From the NCBI GenBank assembly GCA_045535785.1, contig JAZSMH010000061.1, forward strand, positions 7-64,006: DNA of 64,000 nt, read 5' to 3'. A program made the position numbers and the translations under genes. Below are positions 11,301 to 19,438 of the stretch, one piece after another (position 1 is the stretch's first letter; the number at the start of each line of letters is the position of its first letter). Under the pieces are notes generated by a model. It did no database searches. It saw nothing but the letters and a program-made list of their open reading frames with translations, and had not been told where the DNA came from. The DNA comes from Clostridia bacterium (lineage in GTDB: Bacteria; Bacillota; Clostridia; Christensenellales; DTU072).

Positions 11301-14300
11301 GCTTAACCAAAAATATTACGCCTTTGATGACCACTTCAATAGTTGGGATATGGGTGAAGTAATAGTTAATTACTATCCTTATGAAGATACTCATGGTATT
11401 TATGGTACGCCTAATACCGTAAGAATTGCACATGACGATAGTGTAGGAAGCACCATCAACGACGTAAAAAATAGACTTGAAGCATCGCATGCATTTGAAA
11501 ACGGCGGTCTTAGCAAAAATGATAAGTGCTGGAGTGTTCTACATAATGATACCGTTATAAATGGAGAATTCGACGAGAACGGAAATTTAGTCAAGGCTGG
11601 ATATTCGGATGTAATGCTAAATGCTAGCAAATTATATTCATCTATATTTGACTTTACTATTCTAGCTCAGAATATTAATGACAATAACTTTATAGACAAT
11701 ACTTGGACAAGCATGAAGCTCGGTTTAAATATGTCAGGTATGCCTACGGACGTAGAGTTCAGCACGTGGCAATATTATAATTGGAATAACGGTGCTTGGG
11801 AAAATATTACATATTGGTATCCGGACAAATCGTTCGGTCAAAGTGAAGACGGTTCGTATCCTGTAGTAGATTGCTATAAAGAATCTTATGATTTAGATTT
11901 AATTAGTTTATACGACGGATGCATGCCTTATGCTGTATCGACTTCCGATTCATCGAATATTGATGTTGATAGACCGTTACTAATTAGAGCCGACGTGTAT
12001 AAGACGGTCACGGTAAAACTTACCCATTATTCTTACAATACCGACCTAAAAGGCGATATCAGTGAAAGACAATTAAACGCTGATGCAAAACTTGAGATAG
12101 TTGAAGTAGAGCCTACGGACGAAACGTATACGGATAGAACTCACAATGAAGGAATGTCCGGTACGTTCGAGTATGGTACAACGATTACTATTACTAACGA
12201 TGCGACTAATCCTGATAAAGGCGTATTCAATGCCGATCGCACTATTAGATATAGATTCTTAGGTTGGTATATGAAGATTGAAGACGACGTGTACTATTTC
12301 AATGGTAGTGAAGATTCTAAATTGGCTAATAAGTATGTGCTACAATTAACTTGTGTAAGCGATACGTCTGTTACTGACTTTGAATTTATGGCATACTACG
12401 TAGCGCAATACAAACAAACTATATATAGTTATAACGTTGGTTATGGTGTAGACAATGCGCAAAGCAGTGGCGAAGGTACGCCAGAAATCACCATGACGGC
12501 AGATGCGGGCGAAAAAATCACTATAAAAGCTATTAACAAGCTATCGTCTAACAAGATAGACTATGCAGAACCGACTTCGGTAGTTAAATACTATCATATT
12601 AATAGTGTAAGGAATAGTGGCAACACTAAGTATCCCAAAGTTTCTGCTGACGTGAACTTTACAGAAAAAGCATATTACTTTGAATATTACATAGACGCAG
12701 GACTTGACTATACCCTGAATGTTGACACCGAAGGAAAGGGCGATAACGCTATAAAACTAGAAGAAGCAAAGACTAGCACTAGCAAACTATTCTGTCCTGA
12801 TTTTGACACGCTATATCAATTTATACACAACGATACGGCAGTCGTTAACTATTCTGAGTATTACAATTCAGGTAATGGTACTTATTATATTCCCGATGAA
12901 GGTTGTGTAGATGCAGCAACGCTTACAACTAAAGCAACGAAAGCAATAGGTACTATCGATAACAAAAATGAACTCTCTGCACAAGCTAACGAATACTATA
13001 TTAAGTACGTTACGACGGCGGTTATGGTATTCTATAACTTCACGTATGGTGGCGGTATATCAATAAGAGATAGACTAGCAAAAATGCTTACCGGTAATGA
13101 AAACATAAGCGTACTCACGGTATGGGATGAAGATAACACGTACGGAGATTGGTACAAGATAGAGAATAATAAGCAAGTAGGCTATGAGGCAAACGGCGAA
13201 GTAGTTATTAGATTAAGTCTTGTAGATACCGCTGGCGGTGAAGAATTATCGCAAACGTTTAGATTTGCTTACGCAGGAATGGCTGTAGGTGGTGGCGAGC
13301 CAAGTACGCCCAAATTAACGAATGCAGGCTCTACCTCATTGTTCAAATTAGACGATACTAACTATAGACGTTGGGAAGAATACGACTTAACTAATATAGA
13401 AGGGTACAAGATGGACGTTATGTTATTCGGAGATCCTGCGTACAGTGAAGCAAACAGCAATCATAACAAAGATCACATAGGCAGTAAGGCAACCAATTAT
13501 CTATATTGTACGGATAACACAGGTAGCGCTGAAAAAGGCTACAAGATATATAATAAATCGCAGTTGGCCCAAATAGAGACTTTCTGGAATTATAACGACA
13601 AATCTTGCGTGGGTATAATTAAACCCAAAGAGTTCAAGATAGATGATCCTGAAAGTGGCGTAGGTAAAACTACTTTCAAGCTGATGACAGATTTAATGTT
13701 GCTTGAATCTAACGACTACTATACCTCTAAACAAGATTTACCGATAAAAACGGAAGGCTACAAACCTTTGTGTAAATCTACTAGTGAAAGCGAAGGTTTC
13801 GACGGAATCCTTGACGGTAATTATCATTATTTATCCGGTATTGGTGCAAATAATGTAAAACTAGATTATTTCGGTCTATTCGAAAAGATTATTAATGGCG
13901 AAGTTAAGAATTTAAGATTAGACAATACCTTCATGAGAATGGAAGTAGGTAAAGTAGGCATGCTCGCAGGTTATGCATATAATGCAAAGTTCACTAATAT
14001 TACCATAGCGCAATATACGACCAACTTATATTCAAACAGTGGCGTATTTAAGGGTGACAGTAGAATATCTAACGGAAGAAGAATTTGCATAGACGCAGGT
14101 GGTGAATACGCAGGCTCATTAGTAGGTGAGATTGTAAATTGTATAGTTGACGGTATAACGTTTAAAGTTGGCAACGGATTCACTGCAGAGATTATTAACG
14201 CAACCACAGGCGGTGCAATATTCGGAAAAGTAACGGGAGGAACGGTAAATAACATCACCCTTACAACTGATAGCGGTTGGTTGTTAGTGGGTGTGGAAGA

Positions 14301-16377
14301 AACAAACCAAACCGTCGGTGGAGTATTCGGAACGATAGACGGTGGGGCAGTAGTTTCTAACGTTACGGTAAAAGGAAACATAATCATAGGTAACGAGTCA
14401 ACGATTTATGCAGGTGGCGTAGTAGGCACTATGGATGGAGAGAATACCGTTTTACAATACGTAAATCTAGAAGTTGCTAATAACAAAAACTTCGAAATTA
14501 ACATAACGCCCACCGTTTCTACGATTGGTGCTTCGGAATCAGGACTTTACTTGTTTGCAAATCGTACCTCGAAGTCGGATAAAGACACGCCTACCAATAA
14601 ATATGGTAAAGTTGGTGGTATCGTAGGTTCGATATTGGGCGCTGCAACGCTTAACAATTACGACGCGGAAAAGAAAACGTTTTCAACGGTAAAAGGTAGT
14701 ATAAGAGCGTATGCAGGAACGGTAGGCGGTATCGTAGGTGCGAATAACGGTATGGTTACTGGATTCGATCTACATACAGGTACTTCAAGTTCAAGTAGAT
14801 TTATAGTTTACGTTTGGATAGAAGGTGCGTCAAAAGAATCGATTAACGTAGGTGGTGTTGTAGGTGCTAACGGCGGTATCGTAGATGATTGTAGCGTTAC
14901 AGGACACGATACTAGCGACGCAAGAAGCACTACGCCAACAGAATGGGACAGTGGACACATTTACGTATTCAAACGTATAAATTACAAAGATAACTCTTAT
15001 TTCGAAATCAGCACAGGTTATACGGGAAGTATCCCTGATTATGGTTCAAAATATAACGTAGTAATGGGTGGTATAGTTGGCCTTAATACCGGCAGTATAT
15101 TCAACTCGTTTGTAAAAGATACAAGAATGACCAAATACGTTCAACTTAATGCAGATAGCAACGCAGGAAGTAGTTCGATTATTGCAACAAAGTTCGCAAC
15201 GGGTGTAGAAGCAGGATTGATTGCTGGCTATATGTTCCCAGATAGTGAACCGCAATATGGCGTACAAACGATAAAAGATTATATAAACAAATGGAATACG
15301 GATCCTAGCTCGGAGTATAACACGGAAAAAACCACGGCTAATATACTTAACCTAAAAGGTTTAACGATATCGAGAATACAAAGCTGTTACAGTAGTAATT
15401 CCGCTATCAATATTTCAGGTCACGTATATATGGATGCATTTTCGATGAAACAAGACAACGACGATTCATACCCCTCGTTAGCATTAATGGGTGGTATTCT
15501 AGGAGGAATAGGCGGCAATGGAATAAATCACCAATTGACACTCAATCACTGTTATAGTACGAATCCTATTTTTGTACATTATATAAAATCTTACGGTTCT
15601 ACTTCTGCAAGAGAAGGTGGTGCAGATTCTTCTACGCATGCAGTGGGTGTTGGATTTAGGCGCTTTAAGACAGAAAAAGGTTGGTTAGGTGTAAGCGGTG
15701 AAATTAATGAACAGTGGCTCAATAGAGTGCACTATTTATGCGAAGTAAAGATGGCATACTTGGTAGCAAAAACTAATGCTGTTGGATCGTCGGTGGGCGT
15801 AAGCTACTATAAAGAAACGACACCTACGGCTAGAATGAATGAAGAAATAGCAGAAAGCCATAATTTACACGTAACGTCGGAGGAAGGTTGGTTCGAATTA
15901 GACGGTGATTGGCCGGCTACGTATAATTATAGATTCGTAAGAAGAGTTACTTATTCGAATGCAAACTCGTATAGCAATAGTCAATTCTCACCGAATGCCA
16001 TTGTTGCATCCGAAATTTCCACAGATTTTGATCCGTTCATTATTAGTGAACAGCAATCAATGACTGGTTATTACCAGGGTAAACTCATTCGTACTAATCC
16101 GTACACGGGTAAACTCAATGCTAGTCTAGAAGATACTCGACTACTAATAAAAGTAGGTAAAATGAATCCGACTGGCAACAAAGATGAAACGGGTAAAGAA
16201 ATTTTTGAACCTGAGTATATATTCCCTAATTACAGTGACAGCAAGTATGGTTACGTAACGGAATTTGTTGATTCAGATTATACGATTTACGCTCTATATA
16301 GAGATTACAGTGCAGAAAGTATAACCAAAAACTTCGTAGACGCGGAACAAGTTACATTTATGGTAAGAGGTCAATAA
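2365..16377 (+). CDS. Giant (4,670 aa) N-terminally membrane-anchored surface repeat protein: Big-like domain, many InlB-B-repeat (Listeria-Bacteroides repeat)-like modules, C-terminal GLUG-motif block
   Basis: Uninterrupted 14,013-nt ORF in AT-rich DNA. TM segment GGYVGIIVAVVVIAIALTMTLLVYL at aa 17-41. Repeated GY.F..W signatures (GYEFVEWSDG, YTFVGWSV, MTFLGWYV, YLFIGWMD, YQFVGWYV, YRFLGWYM). Dozens of ~80-90-aa beta-rich Y.V.V...G.G modules. FDGILDGNYHYLSG followed by about ten GG[IV][VF]G repeats (nt ~13540-15560). Confidence 0.85.
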   Translation: MRGKHYDPQKRKVFSNGGYVGIIVAVVVIAIALTMTLLVYLPSTEEIKTDVPKIVGISYDENAIGVGSDLSRVYVTVTYSDGSTENVAISNMVSEGLDVTVSGEQNVSLSFGGFEQTISVMVKDIDCNLTYTASTGGRIQGETSQSIVSGNDADSVIAIPETGYEFVEWSDGYPYALRKDLKVNESKGYIAIFKKSEFRVIFFYNDGTVASEEDVLYGEKATKAPMFTDPKMNVYGYTFVGWSVAEEDYSSVKRDMSIYPQYVKTATDVNVSISVDNKGSLMGETDAREEGYYAHDTLAAITATPYPSREFNSWFIRNSDGVYEELAKNEERIIVIGDNRVNVTFKSSTSGNSASEYILSFTPNEEIAAIDVTAGFVYSSSGVTFINYQNAKANNQEYFIDGIPYGTTLGEYLAEYVNGVDNTVVIDEITGIIRPADVVGMTFLGWYVQGDDTQTLITKNMIFGQPTTLVAKWTKQVYKIKFTYLDEYDITQLHHTINVVYQNTIGSGGGVPMNAPSKEKYLFIGWMDALTGDMIDDRTQISLKEEYLQSEAFLTDNEINVIAKWAPVEHVLSVNTLGAGTVYVTKSVPGGESSTEAVFGSYTIYETYDYTVSFSADEGNAVSEARWDYSDVSEIYRSSEGVNMNVLTVTLQNGYDNALSVVFVPQTFNVTVNNGTDVYSGYVTDNDDGITYDRALIELVIDYGNTLTFNIHSYNEAFSIQKILVTGRINGKSYFNEVVADLKDSEMLEYALILENCVSDVVVDIVYSSRSYYVTVNKPDASEGSIFTTDFNGPESGYTIPELQQEFNYGELQHYVITATEGKFISSVRVDGIKQDVYKNAGTSLVFYDWEINGVYYGIGLKYLDDEYMYCYGTATVEGKTYMYCESLLGDNVYVYEVVDVNNEDYRRISSTDTSVAYGSVYASLVEQLKVNEKKLSNVTTGKDLRVTKVKVMYVATKNITLSATYEDITYIVSVLDDERGSYLISKANVMGGESSSITITPINGYYVAGYSVNGGEVVYVSTIDRGATCNVRINDVRSDIEVRIVYENLTYNVVFSNANANVADVTVDDGTGENALSASYAYEVEYASSKEYVLRVADGYYISSVKINGVAQPIVHLAKTYSYVNNNVISDASIEVTCALIAIQETVNGFRVDVSKDNVTDVVAGVNYGETTADDNVITVIADDGYALNVVYLKGNSGGYWRELVLTVQGDSVAVSDTLGILDSSIVSTVSNANSYAKAINVTLPSNAFDEVAVLYAVGNPSAYTLNVTSVGSGNVDAVETIYYGDIVAINANALANYYISAFRINGKDVSFRSSNWTNLTYASVVNQYVGGTYSFIACENVDVYVEFSIYSYTVTLDPTSTNGTTILSVEGSSQELTKIKHGEYLNISMNADAGYHIKDVLINGASVGYSSYSDVANDNTTDTFSLRSINAPASRNVTVKVVYDINRYALNYEIENASLNFKGMDGAGTFSVPEYSQLNEKSYTGIAHGDNFYFEVYPSVGAGYYLHSVTIKYKGYGKSETIVTRYSDDSEGIVKREGGVIWFNRFMFGNNTDSATGVTADIELIKVTFKSNAYTLSFNQQGDQDGGKMAFAINNANVSGADVIVFDENGSLYYIRPSNGVVYEKQSEIFVATDIKFTNRNGKWTFYSESSDVEYNFNYEYGLRYVVTVKPTVGYSRKVFIVNGEDKLSSVNNDKYSTNVYRNTDVSVTYEILTFSITLSSTVYNSSMNKIPAARISEYMDVTIYDVDTDEILLTTNGKIVDTISGVFDYGTKIKVVITPNFEKYGIYLYSFIVNNLQQGNLGDTTGVVTYAKDGIALTDDISLRAIFRVKSYSIKVNTSYNEKDDNGDLIKGETLNTVCKDDATQATDWSVYWNESTVIKVVAGEGYYVDSVIIKYTDNGEEREIKVNNYYLFEGEYGTIESGLVISKNNDSAINGLRDIITIYGITSEYKVTVVFGRNDYLAMYVINNPDFIENITTKFNDNNSVYPKKTASALDGRDKPWEVKVKSHDELSVSIEPKDGYYISIEEVIVESVIYNETTEEYELMYDENGNALVRTFELRDIGDGEGKMFSFYNANKGSLEYSISSDIRVYIDVDIKEYTLSTSITRTDAALADKDNKNVTAVTLAVKDVNNNNLDVSGQIQRPVEYGPKDTPGVLVAEHHGTINYLFNVPYGYMLESFVVNGFDREELIGKGILNAAEKGMVSVGVGKAYNYDYTLTVSTTLINGSDTNPWVGNSDINVSINIVPINYAIHVLINDTEHDFSVYNDRNGVSDGEQIIVYAGSVVSHFGSITVEPSLYEGYQITGTEIYFGTDNRHEGLVKTNFEVPVGGITARTQYDFSTINMIDTDVLTGLTHVYILFTTKILTYTQTIAATVYYNDGTVLQKVPYQYESHVGTLDIFINGKNINGEDFPEDITPQPDGEVSNYTLEDREYFTQIRVEAQAVNKEDYALYGVYEIYKDHNGETVEAQVVSGQRGVILGVINGVTTLTYTVNSFGERKFKFEFKQKVTVVLNVENPYKFVGGSNAGYKSYTSVIAYEEGKIINANIDSTSKTIDRYEYQMYVGNRLWFEYKDAYKVTDTNQEGVKYYIIEDEYLDEDDNPIPIKGISYFLNGIDIGATVSSVKSLNDTLDVLLKGAECTDVQDRNSDGYEIKSNTEFYLVTNVYGYSKVSVNTVGAADDVDGGKVWYNGVVSESGVLNTSAMSAGKLLKLELKPNDNYAFYQLKARRVDFDSSRKNGVINFYNASEIDNWQTFTVQDYKKAMADDNSTAAMEELIKAFNENSSNDFQILRYVEDGENYYFIIYVMGNMEFEVEFYHTYDLDIGVYRTDVVSVAKSSGSGDGISHEGISIRHVEDYVYDIAGFTYANNRIGSDGKVIDLSKAYAQLDGRTGIASYGATFELKVEKPVGNYQFVGWYVNDVNTFEYLESLLPIADHLAQALYINIDDMPALLGEDKKEVNEIKIYAVFQPILDVTVLNQKYYAFDDHFNSWDMGEVIVNYYPYEDTHGIYGTPNTVRIAHDDSVGSTINDVKNRLEASHAFENGGLSKNDKCWSVLHNDTVINGEFDENGNLVKAGYSDVMLNASKLYSSIFDFTILAQNINDNNFIDNTWTSMKLGLNMSGMPTDVEFSTWQYYNWNNGAWENITYWYPDKSFGQSEDGSYPVVDCYKESYDLDLISLYDGCMPYAVSTSDSSNIDVDRPLLIRADVYKTVTVKLTHYSYNTDLKGDISERQLNADAKLEIVEVEPTDETYTDRTHNEGMSGTFEYGTTITITNDATNPDKGVFNADRTIRYRFLGWYMKIEDDVYYFNGSEDSKLANKYVLQLTCVSDTSVTDFEFMAYYVAQYKQTIYSYNVGYGVDNAQSSGEGTPEITMTADAGEKITIKAINKLSSNKIDYAEPTSVVKYYHINSVRNSGNTKYPKVSADVNFTEKAYYFEYYIDAGLDYTLNVDTEGKGDNAIKLEEAKTSTSKLFCPDFDTLYQFIHNDTAVVNYSEYYNSGNGTYYIPDEGCVDAATLTTKATKAIGTIDNKNELSAQANEYYIKYVTTAVMVFYNFTYGGGISIRDRLAKMLTGNENISVLTVWDEDNTYGDWYKIENNKQVGYEANGEVVIRLSLVDTAGGEELSQTFRFAYAGMAVGGGEPSTPKLTNAGSTSLFKLDDTNYRRWEEYDLTNIEGYKMDVMLFGDPAYSEANSNHNKDHIGSKATNYLYCTDNTGSAEKGYKIYNKSQLAQIETFWNYNDKSCVGIIKPKEFKIDDPESGVGKTTFKLMTDLMLLESNDYYTSKQDLPIKTEGYKPLCKSTSESEGFDGILDGNYHYLSGIGANNVKLDYFGLFEKIINGEVKNLRLDNTFMRMEVGKVGMLAGYAYNAKFTNITIAQYTTNLYSNSGVFKGDSRISNGRRICIDAGGEYAGSLVGEIVNCIVDGITFKVGNGFTAEIINATTGGAIFGKVTGGTVNNITLTTDSGWLLVGVEETNQTVGGVFGTIDGGAVVSNVTVKGNIIIGNESTIYAGGVVGTMDGENTVLQYVNLEVANNKNFEINITPTVSTIGASESGLYLFANRTSKSDKDTPTNKYGKVGGIVGSILGAATLNNYDAEKKTFSTVKGSIRAYAGTVGGIVGANNGMVTGFDLHTGTSSSSRFIVYVWIEGASKESINVGGVVGANGGIVDDCSVTGHDTSDARSTTPTEWDSGHIYVFKRINYKDNSYFEISTGYTGSIPDYGSKYNVVMGGIVGLNTGSIFNSFVKDTRMTKYVQLNADSNAGSSSIIATKFATGVEAGLIAGYMFPDSEPQYGVQTIKDYINKWNTDPSSEYNTEKTTANILNLKGLTISRIQSCYSSNSAINISGHVYMDAFSMKQDNDDSYPSLALMGGILGGIGGNGINHQLTLNHCYSTNPIFVHYIKSYGSTSAREGGADSSTHAVGVGFRRFKTEKGWLGVSGEINEQWLNRVHYLCEVKMAYLVAKTNAVGSSVGVSYYKETTPTARMNEEIAESHNLHVTSEEGWFELDGDWPATYNYRFVRRVTYSNANSYSNSQFSPNAIVASEISTDFDPFIISEQQSMTGYYQGKLIRTNPYTGKLNASLEDTRLLIKVGKMNPTGNKDETGKEIFEPEYIFPNYSDSKYGYVTEFVDSDYTIYALYRDYSAESITKNFVDAEQVTFMVRGQ

Positions 16378-16387
16378 TATTAATAAT

Positions 16388-16411
16388 ACCCGACGGGAAT
16401 TCCCGTCGGGT
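16388..16411 (+). terminator. Perfect 24-nt palindromic hairpin after the giant ORF (possible terminator, no U-tract)
   Basis: acccgacgggaattcccgtcgggt sits 11 nt after the stop codon. It is followed by acacgaaaaaaaa rather than a T-run, so the terminator function is uncertain. Confidence 0.4.
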
Positions 16412-16472
16412 ACACGAAAAAAAACAACGGCTTTGCCGAAAAAGATAATAACCAAGGAGGCGTGTTTTTATT

Positions 16473-18209
16473 ATGAGAACACATAATTGTAGCCAACTGC
16501 GAGAAAGCAACGTTGGCGAAAAAGTTACACTTAACGGATGGTTACATAGCGTTAGAGATTTAGGCGCAGTAGTATTTTTCGTATTGCGCGATTTTTACGG
16601 TATGACGCAAGTTACGGTAAGTGATGAAGAGATGAAAGAACAAATAAGGAATATTCCTCGTGAATCTACGTTGGAAGTTAAGGGTGAAGTTATATTAAGA
16701 AGTAGCCCTAACAAAAATATACCGACGGGTATGATAGAAGTTTTACCCGAAAGTATAGAGGTTCTTGGTAGATGCTACGAGCAACTTCCCTTCGAAGTAG
16801 GCAATTCTTTGGCATCAAGAGAAGATACAAGACTAAAATACAGATTCTTAGATCTTCGTAATCCTTTAGTTAAGGACAAAATCGTTCTACGTAGCAAAAT
16901 TATCAGTTATATAAGAAAGGTTATGACGGAACGCGGATTTTTAGAAATAGCAACACCTATTTTGACAAGTTCTTCGCCTGAAGGAGCAAGAGATTTTATA
17001 GTTCCAAGTAGATTATATCCGGGTAAATTCTACGCTTTACCGCAAGCACCCCAACAATATAAGCAACTACTTATGACCTCGGGTATAGATAGATATTTCC
17101 AAATAGCACCTTGCTTTAGAGATGAAGACGCACGTGCAGATCGTTCGCCTGGTGAATTTTATCAATTGGATATAGAGATGTGCTTTGCTTCACAAGAAGA
17201 AGTTTTTGCAGAACTCGAATACATTTTACCCACGATTTTTAAGCAATTTACAACGGCAAAGGTTGAGGAAGGTCCCTTCCTACGCATTCCTTACCGCGAC
17301 GCTATTAGAGATTATGGTACAGATAAGCCCGATTTGCGTAATCCCTTGATTATTAAGGACGTAACCGATGTAATCGGCAGCGCAAGCCCCTTGTTTGAAA
17401 ATAAAATAGTTAAGGCAATAGCAGTTGATAATTTTGACAAGCCTCGTAAATATGCAGATGGCCTTGCAGAAATGGTTAAGGGTACGGAACTAGGTTGTGC
17501 TTATTATTGGGCAAAATTCGACGGCAACGCATTCGTAGGTGGTGTAGCTAAGTTCTTGAACGCATACGTAGAAGAACTAAAAGTTAGATTGGATCTAAAA
17601 GCTAACACCTTTATCGCTTTCGTAGTAGGCGAGAAGTCGGTAGCAAAATGTGCAGGATACGTTAGAGCAGAACTCGGACAAGCTATGGATTTATTAGAGA
17701 AGAATATCTATAAGTTCTGTTGGATAGTAGATTTCCCGATGTACGAAACCGATGAAGAAACGGGCGAAATCACATTCTGCCATAATCCTTTCTCCATGCC
17801 TCAAGGTGGATTGGATGCACTTAACAACAAAGAACCACTTGATATACTTGCATATCAATATGATATCGTATGTAACGGATATGAATTAAGCTCTGGCGCA
17901 GTACGTAACCACAATCCAGAAATCATGCGCAAAGCGTTCAGTATTGCAGGATACGACGAAAGCGTTATCGAAAACAAATTCTCCGCGCTCTACAATGCAT
18001 TTAAGTACGGCGCACCTCCTCACGCAGGTATTGCTCCCGGCGTAGATAGAATGGTTATGCTATTAGCTAACGAACCTAATATTAGAGAAATAATTGCTTT
18101 CCCGATGAACAAAAACGCACAAGATTTACTCATGAACGCACCTAGCGAAGTAACGGAAAAACAGTTAAGAGAGGCTAATATTAGTATTCGTTATCCAGAA
18201 CAAAAATAA
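16473..18209 (+). CDS. aspS: Aspartyl-tRNA synthetase (bacterial type)
   Basis: 578 aa. N-terminal OB-fold (VTLNGWLHSVRDLGAVVFFVLRD), class II motif 2 FRDEDARADRSPGEFYQLD and motif 3 GIAPGVDRMVMLL. GGAGG Shine-Dalgarno upstream. Confidence 0.95.
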   Translation: MRTHNCSQLRESNVGEKVTLNGWLHSVRDLGAVVFFVLRDFYGMTQVTVSDEEMKEQIRNIPRESTLEVKGEVILRSSPNKNIPTGMIEVLPESIEVLGRCYEQLPFEVGNSLASREDTRLKYRFLDLRNPLVKDKIVLRSKIISYIRKVMTERGFLEIATPILTSSSPEGARDFIVPSRLYPGKFYALPQAPQQYKQLLMTSGIDRYFQIAPCFRDEDARADRSPGEFYQLDIEMCFASQEEVFAELEYILPTIFKQFTTAKVEEGPFLRIPYRDAIRDYGTDKPDLRNPLIIKDVTDVIGSASPLFENKIVKAIAVDNFDKPRKYADGLAEMVKGTELGCAYYWAKFDGNAFVGGVAKFLNAYVEELKVRLDLKANTFIAFVVGEKSVAKCAGYVRAELGQAMDLLEKNIYKFCWIVDFPMYETDEETGEITFCHNPFSMPQGGLDALNNKEPLDILAYQYDIVCNGYELSSGAVRNHNPEIMRKAFSIAGYDESVIENKFSALYNAFKYGAPPHAGIAPGVDRMVMLLANEPNIREIIAFPMNKNAQDLLMNAPSEVTEKQLREANISIRYPEQK

Positions 18210-18230
18210 TAAATTGACAAAAAGAGCACA

Positions 18231-18261
18231 AAAAAAGGTCGATATAAATCGACCTTTTTTA
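18231..18261. terminator. Bidirectional intrinsic terminator between convergent aspS and the 18280-18603 gene
   Basis: GGTCGAT-ATAA-ATCGACC hairpin flanked by an A-run and a T-run. Confidence 0.8.
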
Positions 18262-18279
18262 TATTAAAATAAAATCGTA

Positions 18280-18603
18280 CTAGTTAGCGAAAAAGTATAA
18301 ATATGCAAGCAAACCAGCGCCGATAGTAGCAATACCAAATAGTATTCCAAGTACAGCTGCTGCAGCACTCTTTTTCTTATATTTTTTCATAGGAACATAG
18401 TTGGTGTAGTCAGGATCACGATATACGATTTCCTTTTCTACGATAGGATAGGTATCCAATCTACCGAACATTGAGTTGAGTCTTTCTCTCTCGTTGATAT
18501 AAGCTTCGCTGTAATACGTTTGTAATTCAGCAGGGGAAATAACGCTCTCTTGAGTGTAACCGTTGTTGTTTTCGTTTAACTTGTTTTCGATGTTTTTTTC
18601 CAT
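18280..18603 (-). CDS. Hypothetical tail-anchored small membrane protein
   Basis: 107 aa, AGGAG Shine-Dalgarno 7 nt upstream, single C-terminal TM (AAAAVLGILFGIATIGAGLLAYLYFF). I recognise no family. Confidence 0.5.
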   Translation of the reverse strand: MEKNIENKLNENNNGYTQESVISPAELQTYYSEAYINERERLNSMFGRLDTYPIVEKEIVYRDPDYTNYVPMKKYKKKSAAAAVLGILFGIATIGAGLLAYLYFFAN

Positions 18604-18762
18604 GACTTACTCCTTAGATATTGTTACGCAACCGAATATTCAGTCTACTTAATAAGTATATTATACTTATATTTACCGTTTATGTCAATATTTTTTTTAA
18701 AAATTTACCGATTTTTGTTGAAATACTAATTTAAAATAGTCAAAAAGATTATTTTTTTGCAT

Positions 18763-19410
18763 TTATTGTTTTTGTAAGTCTGTAAGAAATTTTTCAATTA
18801 TAACCGTAGGAATAACGTATGAACGATTGTAAAATTTATCATTTGCTGTTAAAATGCCAATTACGGCTCCCAAACTATTAACAACAGGTAGCCCGCTTTT
18901 GCCTTTTTCAAATCGCTGATCAATAGTAATCATAGGAATTAGAGATAATTCTCGTATTACGTTCGTTACGCTTGTAATTTTTATTTTTTCATAATTGTCA
19001 GAGTCAACAATAACGTATGCTGATTTGTTTATACGATAAGATAGCTCTACTGGATGTAATGAGCTTGAGCTTACAGTGAGCAAACATAGGTCGCGATCGA
19101 AGTCAAAACGTATATCGATAGGCAGATATGTTAGATTGTTAATATGAATATAAATACAATCGTATATGCGTTCATAAGAATAGTTTGTGTTTTTGAACGT
19201 ATGAGCAACCGTTAATATTTGGTTTTTATTGATAACTATACCGTTAGCAATAGCTTTGTTATTCTCACAAAAAAATTCTATTTTTGCAACAAAATTGTTA
19301 AAATATTTTCTATACAAAACGTCTTTTAAAATAATTTGAGTTGGGTAGAATATTATAATAATAACAAAAAAAATAACGACAATAAGGGTAAGACAACGTT
19401 TTATTTGCAC
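18763..19410 (-). CDS. Membrane-anchored trypsin-like (S1/Trypsin_2-type) serine protease
   Basis: 215 aa with a GTG start and an N-terminal TM. Candidate triad: LTVAH (His), DLCLL (Asp), GKSGLPVV (Ser, cf. GDSGGP). Confidence 0.55.
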   Translation of the reverse strand: MQIKRCLTLIVVIFFVIIIIFYPTQIILKDVLYRKYFNNFVAKIEFFCENNKAIANGIVINKNQILTVAHTFKNTNYSYERIYDCIYIHINNLTYLPIDIRFDFDRDLCLLTVSSSSLHPVELSYRINKSAYVIVDSDNYEKIKITSVTNVIRELSLIPMITIDQRFEKGKSGLPVVNSLGAVIGILTANDKFYNRSYVIPTVIIEKFLTDLQKQ

Positions 19411-19438
19411 GTTCTAATATATGCAAAAAGTGTGTGAA

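Noticed and set aside
13971-14387. 138-aa antisense ORF inside the 14-kb gene. Similar antisense ORFs occur at 20604-20885, 21372-21707, 21768-22010 and 22764-22946 inside the second giant gene.
   Set aside because: They lie opposite the GLUG (GGxVG) repeats. The reverse complement of the Gly/Val codons gives stop-poor Pro/Thr-rich frames (PPT, TPP). There is no Shine-Dalgarno and the composition is low complexity.
16388-16411. Perfect 24-nt palindrome considered as a MITE end or operator
   Set aside because: It is a single copy in the window and sits exactly at the 3' end of a gene, so a terminator-like hairpin is the simplest reading.
16378-16472. T-box leader upstream of aspS
   Set aside because: The intergenic region is only 95 nt, too short for a T-box, and I see no T-box sequence (AANNNGGGTGGTACCGCG-like) there.
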